This document shows, piece by piece, positions 19,722 through 29,234 of a DNA stretch of 38,856 nucleotides. The position numbers were made by a program, and so were the translations under genes. The notes beneath the pieces are model-generated. The model saw only the letters and a program-made list of their open reading frames with translations. It did not search any database and was not told where the DNA came from. Location: assembly GCA_947451875.1 (NCBI GenBank), contig CANGBE010000001.1, positions 1 through 38,856 of the forward strand. The letters run 5' to 3'. This DNA comes from Sphingomonadaceae bacterium (lineage in GTDB: Bacteria > Pseudomonadota > Alphaproteobacteria > Sphingomonadales > Sphingomonadaceae). Within the stretch, counting starts at the first letter, position 1, and each line of letters opens with the position of its first letter.

Positions 19722-22700
19722 TTGACCTCGCCTATTTTTTTCGATGCATCGGGCAAACGCCGCAGGCTGGTGGGGCGGATTGTCGCTCTGCTGCTCGGCC
19801 TTGTTCTGATTGGCGCCATTGGCTTTGCCGCAACGCTGGTCGCCGTACCAACCGAAAAGCCGCTGACGCTGGGACGTGAGCGGCAGCAGCCGCTGCCGTT
19901 CCTTTCGCACGTCAATCGGTTGCGCAAGCAGTTCCCTCGGCTCAGACCGAATGGTGCGCGCGGAGCACCAGTGCGCATCGGATTCTACGTGCCGTGGGAT
20001 CCGGATAGTGCCGCCTCGCTCGAAAGGAATTACGATGCGCTCGATTGGGTGATCGCGGCCAACGCGCAAATCGAGCTGCCATCAGGCAAGCTCAACTACA
20101 CCGACGATGCCAAGATCAGGAACATCAACCACAGCCACACCGACCCGCCATTTTACCTCCTGATGGTTCAGAACATCGCGCACGAGCAGTGGGATGGTGA
20201 AGGCATGGCGCGGCTGCTGGCTGATCGCCGCAAGTCCGATGCGCTGATCGATCAAACTATCGCTGCGGTGAACAGTCTGGGCTGGAACGGCGCCTGCTTT
20301 GACATAGAAAACATGCCGTCATCGGCGCTGCCAGCCTATGAAGCGATGCTGGTGCGCGCGCATGACAAATTTGCCCGCGCCGGCCTTGCCCTGACCATGA
20401 CTGTTCCAGCAGGCGAACCCGACTGGAAACTTGGGCGCTTCGCCGCCGCTGTCGATGACGTTATCTTCATGGACTATGACGACCACTGGCAGGGCGGCAC
20501 GGCTGGGCCGATTGCCTCGCAGGCGTGGTTTGACGAACAGCTTGTGATCGCCCGGCGCGATATTCCGGCAGACAAGTTGATCATCGCTATCGGCTCATAC
20601 GGCTATGACTGGCACGACGGCACCGCCGATGCCATGACCATCGCGGAAGCCTGGCAGGAAGCGCGCGATAGCGATGCCATGCCGGTGTTCGATTCAGTAA
20701 GCGGCAACTCCGGCTTCGCTTTCGAAGACACCAACGAAAGCGGCACGCACAAGCATACCGTGTGGATGATGGACGCAGCGACCAACTGGAACCAGCTGGT
20801 GCAACTTCAGGGCATCAAGGGCTTGGCCCTTTGGCGTCTGGGTAGCGAAGACCCGCATTTCTGGGATGCGCTTGCGGCATCGCGCAATGGCAAGCGCCCG
20901 ACGCTTGAAACGATACCCGCCTCACCGGGAACTGACATCGAAGGCAATGGTGAGATCCTGCGTGTTGTAGCCGAGCCCACAGGCGGATTGCGCGAGATTG
21001 TCTGGGGTGCGAACGGGACTATCGCCAATGAAACCTACAAGGTTCTGCCCAGCCCCTATGTCGTGCGCCGCACCGGGGGGGGCGATGCCAAGAAAATTGC
21101 GCTGACTTTCGATGATGGCCCCGATCCCGCCTATACTCCCAAGATGCTCGATATTCTCGAGGCCAGACACGCCCCTGCTACCTTTTTCGTCATTGGAGAA
21201 AATGTGCTCGAGCATCCCGGCCTCGTTCGGCGGATCGCGGCCGATGGTTTTGAGTTGGGCAATCACAGTTTTACCCACCCCAACCTTGCTCAGGTAACCG
21301 ATCTTGGCACCCGGCTGGAGCTTAATGCCACCCAGCGGCTGATCGAATCTTATACTGGCCGTTCGATGCGCCTGTTCCGCGCGCCCTATTTCGGTGACGC
21401 CGAGCCCTCGACCGCCGACGAATTGCGCCCGGCTCTGCTGGCCCAACAGCGCGGCTATACGATTGTCGGGCTCCATGTTGATCCAGGTGACTGGAAAACG
21501 CCGGGGGCAGCCCAAATTGCGCAGTCGACGATCGCCCAGATCGAGGCAGGCACTGCCGAGCACAGCGCCAATATCGTTCTTCTCCACGATGGCGGCGGAA
21601 ATCGCGAACAGACCGTCGCGGCGTTGCCGCTGATAATCGATGGCCTGCGCGCCAAGGGCTACCAACTGGTCAGCGTGGCAGAGCTTGCCGGGCTCAGCCA
21701 CGATGCGGTGATGCCGCCGATCACCGGCACCGACAAGGCCGCCGTCGACGCCGACGTCGGGATATTCCTGGGCCTTGGCGCGCTGAGCTATGCTATCCGC
21801 TGGCTCTTCTTCTTTGCCATTGCGCTCGGCATTGCCCGCGCGGTGTTCATGACGGCGCTCGCCCTCATGGACCGCAGGGCTAACAAGGCACACTTCGCCG
21901 ATGCACCGCAGCCGCCGGTTTCGGTGATCATTCCGGCCTATAATGAAGAGGCGGTAATCGTCACTTCGATCCAGACCGTGCTGGCGAGTGACTATCCGGC
22001 TCTGGAAATCATTGTCGCCGATGATGGGTCAAAGGATGCGACCAGCGCCCGGGTGGCCGAGCATTTCGGCAATGACCCGCGTGTGCGTCTGCTGACCATG
22101 ACCAATGGCGGCAAGGCGAGCGCGATCAACCGGGCGCTCGGACATGCGAGCGGCGAGATCATCATCTCGCTTGATGCCGATACCCAGTTCCTGACCGACA
22201 CCATTTCGAAGCTGGTGCGCTGGTTCGTCGATCCCAAGATCGGCGCAGTGGCGGGCAATGCGCGGGTTGGCAATCAGGTGAACCTCGCCACCCGCTGGCA
22301 GGCGATCGAATATGTCACCGCTCAGAATGTCGAGCGGCGGGCACTTGATTCGCTGAGGGCGATCACCGTGGTGCCGGGTGCCGTGGGTGCATGGCGGCGT
22401 GCTGCGCTCGATGCCGTGGGTGGCTATCCAGAGGATACCCTCGCAGAGGATCAGGACCTGACTATCGCCATCCAGAAGCAGGGCTGGCGTGTCGCCTATG
22501 ATGTCGAAGCAATAGCGCTGACCGAAGCGCCCGAAAGCTTCAAGGCGCTTGGTAAGCAACGCTTCCGCTGGTCATTCGGCACGTTGCAATGCCTGTGGAA
22601 GCACCGCAGTGTGCTGCGGGAAGGCCGACCGCGGGGCCTCGCTTGGTTCGGTATGCCGCAGGCCTGGATGTTCCAGATCATATTTGCCGCTATTTCGCCT

Positions 22701-23027
22701 GTGATCGACCTCGCGCTGGCGCTGTCGATTGTCATGACCGGGGTCAGGGTCTTCCAGCACGGCTGGGCGCAGACCCAGAGCGACGTGCTGCGGATGCTGG
22801 TCTATTGGATTGTGTTCGTAGGGATCGACCTGCTCGCCGGATGGATCGCCTATCGGCTGGAACCAGTGCGCCAGCGCTTCCCGGGCTTCCTGATGGTGAT
22901 GCAGCGCTTCTACTATCGCCAGCTGATGTACGGCATTGTCCTGCGCTCGATTGCTGCCGCCCTTCGCGGTCGGCATGTAGGCTGGGGAAAGCTGGAACGG
23001 ACGGGGTCAGTCTCTGGAGCGGCTTAG
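19722..23027 (+). CDS. GH18-like hydrolase + NodB/CE4 polysaccharide deacetylase + processive GT2 glycosyltransferase fusion
   Basis: GH18-like GACFDIE and MDYD. CE4 TFDDGP, HSFTH, RAPY, DW, LLHDG. GT2 PAYNE, DDGS, DAD, AED, QRFRW. TM helices at the N-terminus, middle and C-terminus. TTG start. Confidence 0.92.
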   Translation: MTSPIFFDASGKRRRLVGRIVALLLGLVLIGAIGFAATLVAVPTEKPLTLGRERQQPLPFLSHVNRLRKQFPRLRPNGARGAPVRIGFYVPWDPDSAASLERNYDALDWVIAANAQIELPSGKLNYTDDAKIRNINHSHTDPPFYLLMVQNIAHEQWDGEGMARLLADRRKSDALIDQTIAAVNSLGWNGACFDIENMPSSALPAYEAMLVRAHDKFARAGLALTMTVPAGEPDWKLGRFAAAVDDVIFMDYDDHWQGGTAGPIASQAWFDEQLVIARRDIPADKLIIAIGSYGYDWHDGTADAMTIAEAWQEARDSDAMPVFDSVSGNSGFAFEDTNESGTHKHTVWMMDAATNWNQLVQLQGIKGLALWRLGSEDPHFWDALAASRNGKRPTLETIPASPGTDIEGNGEILRVVAEPTGGLREIVWGANGTIANETYKVLPSPYVVRRTGGGDAKKIALTFDDGPDPAYTPKMLDILEARHAPATFFVIGENVLEHPGLVRRIAADGFELGNHSFTHPNLAQVTDLGTRLELNATQRLIESYTGRSMRLFRAPYFGDAEPSTADELRPALLAQQRGYTIVGLHVDPGDWKTPGAAQIAQSTIAQIEAGTAEHSANIVLLHDGGGNREQTVAALPLIIDGLRAKGYQLVSVAELAGLSHDAVMPPITGTDKAAVDADVGIFLGLGALSYAIRWLFFFAIALGIARAVFMTALALMDRRANKAHFADAPQPPVSVIIPAYNEEAVIVTSIQTVLASDYPALEIIVADDGSKDATSARVAEHFGNDPRVRLLTMTNGGKASAINRALGHASGEIIISLDADTQFLTDTISKLVRWFVDPKIGAVAGNARVGNQVNLATRWQAIEYVTAQNVERRALDSLRAITVVPGAVGAWRRAALDAVGGYPEDTLAEDQDLTIAIQKQGWRVAYDVEAIALTEAPESFKALGKQRFRWSFGTLQCLWKHRSVLREGRPRGLAWFGMPQAWMFQIIFAAISPVIDLALALSIVMTGVRVFQHGWAQTQSDVLRMLVYWIVFVGIDLLAGWIAYRLEPVRQRFPGFLMVMQRFYYRQLMYGIVLRSIAAALRGRHVGWGKLERTGSVSGAA

Positions 23028-23056
23028 TTTTCTGCTTCAGGTAAACTGAAACAGGC

Positions 23057-23140
23057 GCGGCACCAGCCCGCTCCCCCGCCCGACCACCCAATACTAGGTT
23101 ACCCTATGGGTGGCCGGGCGGGGGAGCGGGCTGGTGCCGC
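23057..23140. repeat. 34-bp inverted repeat (REP/MITE-like palindrome)
   Basis: Arms 23057-23090 and 23107-23140 match at 33/34 positions. The 16-nt spacer contains TAGG-TTAC-CCTA. Confidence 0.9.
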
Positions 23141-23179
23141 TTCCACGGCAGTGGACCAGGATCAATCACGCCATTCCGC

Positions 23180-23208
23180 TTGCAATCCTGGCGACTCTCC
23201 CTTAGTGG
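23180..23208 (+). promoter_or_regulatory. Candidate sigma70 promoter of rpmI-rplT
   Basis: TTGCAA-N17-TAGTGG, an alphaproteobacterial-type -10 lacking the final T. Confidence 0.5.
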
Positions 23209-23214
23209 CCCGCG

Positions 23215-23294
23215 CTTCATCGACACGGATTCGATAGCTGGCCTGGCTCACAAGGGCTGCCAGGGCTGGCTGGACGTGTCTCCACATGAAGGAG
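23215..23294 (+). promoter_or_regulatory. Structured 5' leader of rpmI-rplT (candidate r-protein leader)
   Basis: Nested stems CTTCAT/ATGAAG, GACACG/CGTGTC and a ~12-bp inner stem. The outer stem overlaps the SD AAGGAG. Confidence 0.55.
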
Positions 23295-23300
23295 TCAGAA

Positions 23301-23504
23301 ATGCCCAAGATGAAGACCAAAAGCGGCGTTAAGAAGCGTTTTCGCCTCACCGCCACTGGCAAAATCAAGCACGGTGCTGTCGGCAAGCGCCACCGTTTGA
23401 TGAGCCATAATGCCAAGTACATCCGCCAGCATCGCCGTACCGATACGATCTCTGACGCTGATGCGAAGGTGATCAAGAAGTGGGCGCCCTACGGGCTTAG
23501 CTGA
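23301..23504 (+). CDS. rpmI: 50S ribosomal protein L35
   Basis: MPKMKTKSGVKKRFRLTATGK..KRH, with SD AAGGAG. Confidence 0.98.
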   Translation: MPKMKTKSGVKKRFRLTATGKIKHGAVGKRHRLMSHNAKYIRQHRRTDTISDADAKVIKKWAPYGLS

Positions 23505-23525
23505 GCAATTTCGGAGTACTGAATT

Positions 23526-23882
23526 ATGGCACGTGTCAAAAGGGGTGTTACCACCCGCGCCAAGCACAAGAATATCCTCGAGCAGGCCAAGGGTTACCGC
23601 GGCCGCCGGAAGAATACCATTCGCGTTGCGCGTCAGGCGGTCGAAAAGGCCGGCCAGTATGCCTATCGCGATCGCAAGGTTAAGAAGCGGTCGTTCCGCG
23701 CTCTGTGGATCCAGCGTATCAACGCTGCGGTGCGCGAAGCAGGCCTGACCTATTCGCAGTTCATCCACGGCACCAAGTTGGCGGGCATCGAGCTTGACCG
23801 CAAGGCAATGGCCGATCTGGCGATGAACGAAGCCGGCGTGTTCACTGCGGTGATCGCTCAGGCGAAAGCTGCGCTGGGCTGA
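23526..23882 (+). CDS. rplT: 50S ribosomal protein L20
   Basis: [29 protein letters not shown]. Confidence 0.99.
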   Translation: MARVKRGVTTRAKHKNILEQAKGYRGRRKNTIRVARQAVEKAGQYAYRDRKVKKRSFRALWIQRINAAVREAGLTYSQFIHGTKLAGIELDRKAMADLAMNEAGVFTAVIAQAKAALG

Positions 23883-23905
23883 TAAGCTCAAAGCTGAACT
23901 AAACA

Positions 23906-23945
23906 GGGGCGCGGAAGGCAGATGCTTTCCGCGCCCTTTGTTTTT
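23906..23945 (+). terminator. Rho-independent terminator after rplT
   Basis: GGGCGCGGAAGGC..GCTTTCCGCGCCC stem followed by TTTGTTTTT. Confidence 0.9.
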
Positions 23946-23996
23946 GCCTTAAACGACCACTGAATTTATCATTGCCAAATTACCACAGTTTCGGCC

Positions 23997-24926
23997 ATGA
24001 CAGCGTCACGCATGAAAAACAGGGTGTCGCTAGATTGTCAGGTTCAGGCGCGGTTCTTCCAACCGCCTCCTGAGTTGCGGCGATATTTCACCACCTTTTA
24101 TCTGATTGAATTTGGTGTAAAATCAGGCGCAAGGGTTACCGACTATCTGCACCCCGAATGGGGTAATCTGCGATTTTTGAGCGGCGATTGCCCCGATGCC
24201 GAGGCAATGGGTGGCACGAGCATTTCGGGCACGAACTTTTGCGTCACCGGCCCCAGTTCCAAGACCGTTCGCTTCACCATCGGCCCGACTGCGCGGATGT
24301 GGGGGATCGGTTTCCTGCCGCTCGGCTGGGCTAAATTTGTCCGGGCCGATGCCCGGGAACTCGCTAATGCCTTGCTCGATGGGAACGTGCACCCGGCCTT
24401 TGCCAGCTTTGCGTCGCTCGGCGAAGCGCTCTACGGCCCGATCCCTGATGTCGAGGCCGAGCTTGGCCGGATTGGCCGCTACTTCCTTGACCGCGTTGAT
24501 AAACCGGTCAGCGAGGAAGAGAGGATCCGCAAGGTTCACGCCGCTTTGGTTGATCCCAGGATAAAGAGCGTTGCCGAACTGGTTGAGCGGGTCTCGATTG
24601 GCCAGCGCACGATCGAACGCACCTGTGATCGGGCCTTCGGTTTCCGGCCCAAGCTACTGCTGCGCCGTCAGCGCTTCTTGCGCAGCCTTTCGCATTACAT
24701 GCTCGATCCCTCGCTCAAATGGATTGGTGCGCTGGACGGGCATTACCATGATCAGGCACAATTTGTTCGTGATTTCAAAGAGTTCATGGGAATTTCCCCG
24801 CGTCAATATGCTGCACTCGATAAGCCGATCCTCTCTGCGGTTATGCTGGAGCGCGCGCGTTTTGCCGGCAAGGCGGTGCAGGGTCTCGATACGCCGGAGG
24901 GCGGCGGTCCAGAGGTCATGGCGTGA
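23997..24926 (+). CDS. AraC-family HTH transcriptional regulator
   Basis: N-terminal PPPELRRYF..LHPEW and C-terminal RTIER..FGFRPKLLLRRQRF..YHDQAQFVRDFKEFMGISPRQY. Confidence 0.88.
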   Translation: MTASRMKNRVSLDCQVQARFFQPPPELRRYFTTFYLIEFGVKSGARVTDYLHPEWGNLRFLSGDCPDAEAMGGTSISGTNFCVTGPSSKTVRFTIGPTARMWGIGFLPLGWAKFVRADARELANALLDGNVHPAFASFASLGEALYGPIPDVEAELGRIGRYFLDRVDKPVSEEERIRKVHAALVDPRIKSVAELVERVSIGQRTIERTCDRAFGFRPKLLLRRQRFLRSLSHYMLDPSLKWIGALDGHYHDQAQFVRDFKEFMGISPRQYAALDKPILSAVMLERARFAGKAVQGLDTPEGGGPEVMA

Positions 24927-24929
24927 AAG

Positions 24930-24958
24930 TTGCGGCCTAGGCTAACAGCCTCTAAAGG
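24930..24958 (+). promoter_or_regulatory. Candidate pheS promoter
   Basis: TTGCGG-N17-TAAAGG, overlapping an imperfect hairpin after the AraC stop. Confidence 0.4.
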
Positions 24959-24993
24959 GCCGCATTCAAGCAGACGACCGAACGGAAACCCAA

Positions 24994-26091
24994 GTGGATT
25001 ACTCAAGCTCCCAGGCCGAAGCACTTGCCCGCATTGCCGCGGCCGGTGATCTCGATTCCATCGAGCGGCTGCGGGTAGAATTTCTCGGCAAGCAGGGTTC
25101 GATCTCGGCCCTGCTGAAGACGCTGGGCGGCATGAGCCCCGAAGCGCGGCAGGCTGAAGGGCCGCAGATCCACGCGCTGCGCGAGGCGGTTACCGCAGCA
25201 CTGGCCGATGCCAAAGCGGTGCTCGAAGCGGCTGCGCTCGAGGCAAAACTTGCCGCCGAAACCGTCGATCTTTCGCTACCCGCACCGGAGTTGCCGCGCG
25301 GCACTATCCATCCGGTTTCGCAGGTGATGGACGAACTGGCAGAGATCTTCGCCGATATGGGCTTTTCGGTCGCTACGGGTCCGGAAATCGAAGACGACTG
25401 GCACAATTTCACCGCGCTCAACATGCCTGAAAGCCATCCGGCGCGGGCGATGCACGATACGTTTTACTTCCCGGACAAAGACGGCGAAGGCCGCGATATG
25501 TTGCTCCGCACGCACACCAGCCCGGTGCAGATCCGGACTATGCTGGCGCAGGGCGCGCCCTTGCGCATCATTGCCCCGGGCCGGGTCTATCGCTCTGACT
25601 CAGACGCCACCCACACGCCGATGTTCCATCAGGTTGAAGGTCTGGTGATCGACAAGGGCATCCACCTCGGCCACCTGAAGTGGACGCTGGAAACTTTCCT
25701 CAAGGCCTTCTTCGAGCGCGAGGACATCGTTCTGCGCCTGCGCCCCTCTTATTTCCCCTTCACCGAGCCTTCGGTGGAAGTCGATGTCGGCTTCAAGCTT
25801 GAAGGTGGACGCCGCGTGCTCGGCGGCTCCGGCGATGCGCCCGGCCACGGCTGGATGGAGCTGCTCGGCAGCGGCATGGTCAACCGCAAGGTCATCGAAT
25901 ACGGCGGGCTCGATCCTGACGAGTGGCAGGGCTTTGCCTTTGGCGTGGGGGTCGACCGGCTCGCCATGCTGAAATACGGCATGGACGATCTGCGTGCCTT
26001 CTTTGACGGCGACGGGCGCTGGCTGCAGCATTACGGCTTCTCGCCGCTCGATGTGCCCACCCTTTCCGCCGGTGTGGGAGCAGTCGCATGA
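24994..26091 (+). CDS. pheS: Phenylalanyl-tRNA synthetase alpha subunit
   Basis: [31 protein letters not shown] and YFPFTEPS motifs. Confidence 0.99.
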   Translation: MDYSSSQAEALARIAAAGDLDSIERLRVEFLGKQGSISALLKTLGGMSPEARQAEGPQIHALREAVTAALADAKAVLEAAALEAKLAAETVDLSLPAPELPRGTIHPVSQVMDELAEIFADMGFSVATGPEIEDDWHNFTALNMPESHPARAMHDTFYFPDKDGEGRDMLLRTHTSPVQIRTMLAQGAPLRIIAPGRVYRSDSDATHTPMFHQVEGLVIDKGIHLGHLKWTLETFLKAFFEREDIVLRLRPSYFPFTEPSVEVDVGFKLEGGRRVLGGSGDAPGHGWMELLGSGMVNRKVIEYGGLDPDEWQGFAFGVGVDRLAMLKYGMDDLRAFFDGDGRWLQHYGFSPLDVPTLSAGVGAVA

Positions 26092-28475
26092 AGTTCTCGC
26101 TCTCCTGGCTCAAACACTTCCTCGAAACCGAAGCTTCGATTGAGGATATCTCCGCGCGTCTCAATGCCATCGGCATCGAGGTGGAAGGTATCGAGAACCC
26201 GGCGGACAAGCTGGCGGGCTTCCGCGTTGCCAAGGTTCTCACCGCCGCGCGGCATCCCGATGCTGACAAGCTGCAAGTGCTCACCGTCGATTCCGGTGAC
26301 GGCAAGCCGCTGACGGTTGTTTGCGGTGCGCCCAATGCCCGCGCTGGCCTTGTCGGCGTGCTGGGGCTCCCCGGTGCGACCGTTCCGGCGAACGGCATGG
26401 TGCTCAAGGTCGCCGCCGTGCGCGGGGTCGAGAGCAACGGCATGATGTGCTCGACCCGCGAGCTGGAACTGGGCGAGGATCACGACGGCATTATCGAACT
26501 GCCCGAAGACGCCCCCATCGGCACGCCCTTTGCTGATTACCACGGCGCCGATCCGGTGTTCGACGTAGCCATCACGCCGAACCGCCCGGACTGCATGGGG
26601 CTTTACGGCATCGCCCGCGATCTCGCGGCGGCGGGGCTGGGAGCGCTTAAGCCCTTCGCTGCGTCGGTCGCTTCCGGCTCCTATCCCTGCCCGGTCGAAA
26701 TCCGCACCGAAGACGCGGAAGGCTGCCCGGCATTCTATGGCCGCGTGATCAAGGGTGTGACCAACGGCGCCTCGCCCGAATGGATGCAGGCGCGGCTGAA
26801 AGCTGCCGGCCAGCGTCCGATCTCGGCGCTGGTCGACATCACCAATTATGTGATGCTCGCTTTTGGCCGTCCGGCGCACGCCTATGACCTTGCCAAGCTG
26901 AACGGCGCGGTGGTTGCGCGGCGGGCGAGAGACGGCGAGACCTGCCTTGCGCTCAACGGCAAGGAATACCCGCTCGATCCGACGATGACGGTGATCGCTG
27001 ATGACAGCGGCGTGCATGACATTGCCGGGATCATGGGCGGCGAGCATTCGGGCTGCTCCGACACGACCACTGACGTGCTGCTCGAGATTGCCTATTTCAA
27101 CCCCGAGAACATCGCAGCCACCGGCCGCAAGCTGAACCTCACGTCTGACGCCCGCGCCCGGTTTGAACGCGGCGTCGATCCGCAGTTCCTCGATGCCGGG
27201 CTCGATATTCTCACCGATCTGATCCTGCGCATCTGCGGCGGTGAAGCTTCGGAGGTTGTTCGCGCTGGCACGCCGCCTTCGGGCGCAAAGGTCGTCGCCT
27301 ATGATCCTTCGCTCAGCCAGACGCTGGGCGGCGTGGCGATTGCTGGGGACGAGCAAAAGCGTATCCTCGGCGCGCTGGGCTTTGTCGTGGCGGCGGACTG
27401 GAAAGTCACCACCCCCGGCTGGCGGCCAGACATTGATGGCGCGCCCGATATCGTCGAGGAAGTTGTCCGCATTCACGGGCTGGACAATGTCGCCTCGGTG
27501 GCCTTGCCGCGCAGTGATGGCGTTGCCCGGCCAACGGCTACGCCAGCGCAGAAGCTGGAACGCCGCGTGCGCCGTGCGGCTGCATCGCGTGGGCTCAATG
27601 AGGCGGTGACATGGTCGTTCCTGCCGACCGCAGAAGTCGGGCACTTCGCCGCCGGCGACCTGTGGATGCTGGCCAACCCGATCAGCGAGGACATGAAGGC
27701 CATGCGCCCCTCGCTGCTGCCCGGCCTGCTCTCCGCTGCCGCACGCAATGTCGCACGCGGGGCATCGAGCCTGCGTCTGTTCGAGATTGGCCGCCGCTAT
27801 CTGCGCGGCGAGAATGGCGCCAGTGACGAGCGCCTGTCGCTCTGCGTCGTGCTGGCAGGCGACAAGACTGCACGCGGCTGGGCGAGTGGCAAGGCTGCGG
27901 CTTTCGATGCCTTTGATGCCAAGGCCGAAGCTCTGGCCCTGCTGGCTGAAGCCGGAGCGCCGGTTGATAATCTGCAGGTTATGGGAGAGGCTGGTTCGCA
28001 GTTCCACCCCGGCCAGTCCGCCACGCTGCGGCTTGGGCCCAAGACGGTGCTCGCCCGCTTTGGCATGATCCACCCGGCGACCGCCAAGGCCTTCGATATC
28101 GATGTGCCGGTCGCTATGGTCGAGCTGTTCCTCGATGCCATTCCGGGCAAGCGCGGCGCGGCGAGCTTCGCCCGCGCGGCCTATGCTCCGCCTGCGCTGC
28201 AAGCGGTGACGCGGGACTTTGCCTTCCTTGTCGGCGCGGATGTGCCCGCAGGTGATCTGGTCCGTCTGATCAAAGGCGCGGACAAGGCGAACATCGTCGC
28301 CGCGCGGCTGTTCGATGATTTCCGGGGCCAAGGCGCGCCGGAAGGGCAGAAGAGCCTTGCGGTTGAGGTGACTCTGCAGCCGCAGGACAAGAGCTATGCC
28401 GAGGAAGACCTCAAGGCCGTGGCCGACAAGGTGACTGCGGCTGCGTCGAAACTCGGCGCGGTGCTGCGCGGATGA
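26088..28475 (+). CDS. pheT: Phenylalanyl-tRNA synthetase beta subunit
   Basis: [28 protein letters not shown] and C-terminal anticodon-binding domain. ATGA overlap with pheS. Confidence 0.99.
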   Translation: MKFSLSWLKHFLETEASIEDISARLNAIGIEVEGIENPADKLAGFRVAKVLTAARHPDADKLQVLTVDSGDGKPLTVVCGAPNARAGLVGVLGLPGATVPANGMVLKVAAVRGVESNGMMCSTRELELGEDHDGIIELPEDAPIGTPFADYHGADPVFDVAITPNRPDCMGLYGIARDLAAAGLGALKPFAASVASGSYPCPVEIRTEDAEGCPAFYGRVIKGVTNGASPEWMQARLKAAGQRPISALVDITNYVMLAFGRPAHAYDLAKLNGAVVARRARDGETCLALNGKEYPLDPTMTVIADDSGVHDIAGIMGGEHSGCSDTTTDVLLEIAYFNPENIAATGRKLNLTSDARARFERGVDPQFLDAGLDILTDLILRICGGEASEVVRAGTPPSGAKVVAYDPSLSQTLGGVAIAGDEQKRILGALGFVVAADWKVTTPGWRPDIDGAPDIVEEVVRIHGLDNVASVALPRSDGVARPTATPAQKLERRVRRAAASRGLNEAVTWSFLPTAEVGHFAAGDLWMLANPISEDMKAMRPSLLPGLLSAAARNVARGASSLRLFEIGRRYLRGENGASDERLSLCVVLAGDKTARGWASGKAAAFDAFDAKAEALALLAEAGAPVDNLQVMGEAGSQFHPGQSATLRLGPKTVLARFGMIHPATAKAFDIDVPVAMVELFLDAIPGKRGAASFARAAYAPPALQAVTRDFAFLVGADVPAGDLVRLIKGADKANIVAARLFDDFRGQGAPEGQKSLAVEVTLQPQDKSYAEEDLKAVADKVTAAASKLGAVLRG

Positions 28476-29218
28476 AGGTTGCCCTCGTCACTGGCGCTTC
28501 CTCCGGGATCGGAGAAGCCTGCGCGCGGGCTCTGCTGGCCGCTGGCTGGCGCGTTGTCGGCACCGGGCGGCGGGCTGACCGGCTGGCTGAACTGGCGGCC
28601 GAGCTGGGCGATAACTTCTGCCCGGCAGTGTTTGACGTTCGCGACGAAGCGGCGCGGGATGCGGCGCTGGATGCCTTGCCCGATGCGTTCCGCGCCTTCG
28701 ATCTGCTGGTCAATAACGCTGGCCTCGCGCTGGGCACTGGCCCCGCACAAACGGTCGAGCTCGATCAGTGGAAGACGATGATCGACACCAATGTCACCGC
28801 GCTGGTTTCGATCACCCACAAGCTGCTGCCCGGCCTGATCGAGCGCAAGGGCGCAATCATCAACCTGTCCTCAGTGGCGGCGACTTATCCCTATACTGGC
28901 GGCAACGTTTATGGCGGGACCAAGGCCTTCGTGCGGCAGCTCAGCCTTGGCCTGCGCTCTGATCTTGCCGGAACCGGCGTGCGGGTCACTTCGATCGAGC
29001 CGGGCATGGTCGAAACCGAATTCACCCTCGTACGCAATGGCGGCGATCAGGCAGCGAGCGACACGCTCTATGGCGGGGCCAATCCGCTCGACGGCAATGA
29101 CATTGCCGAGGCTGTTTGCTGGATCGCGGGCCTGCCGCCGCACTACAATATCAATACGATCGAGATGATGCCGGTGAGCCAGAGCTTCGCCGGCTTCCAG
29201 GTCGCCCGTAACTCCTGA
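28472..29218 (+). CDS. YdfG-like NADP-dependent short-chain dehydrogenase
   Basis: TGASSGIG, NNAGLALG, YGGTK and IEPGMVETEF motifs. ATGA overlap with pheT. Confidence 0.9.
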   Translation: MKVALVTGASSGIGEACARALLAAGWRVVGTGRRADRLAELAAELGDNFCPAVFDVRDEAARDAALDALPDAFRAFDLLVNNAGLALGTGPAQTVELDQWKTMIDTNVTALVSITHKLLPGLIERKGAIINLSSVAATYPYTGGNVYGGTKAFVRQLSLGLRSDLAGTGVRVTSIEPGMVETEFTLVRNGGDQAASDTLYGGANPLDGNDIAEAVCWIAGLPPHYNINTIEMMPVSQSFAGFQVARNS

Positions 29219-29234
29219 AGAACTGTCCCTGAAC

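Noticed and set aside
23286-23300. Upstream ATG extending L35
   Set aside because: The conserved MPKMKTK start with a properly spaced SD is at 23301.
25790-25860. Gly-rich insertion in PheS ([16 protein letters not shown])
   Set aside because: This is a variable loop commonly expanded in alphaproteobacterial PheS, with no intein motifs.
26031-28331. Long antisense ORFs (766 aa opposite pheT, 536 aa opposite amtB, and others)
   Set aside because: These are shadow frames expected from high-GC codon bias, with no recognisable motifs.
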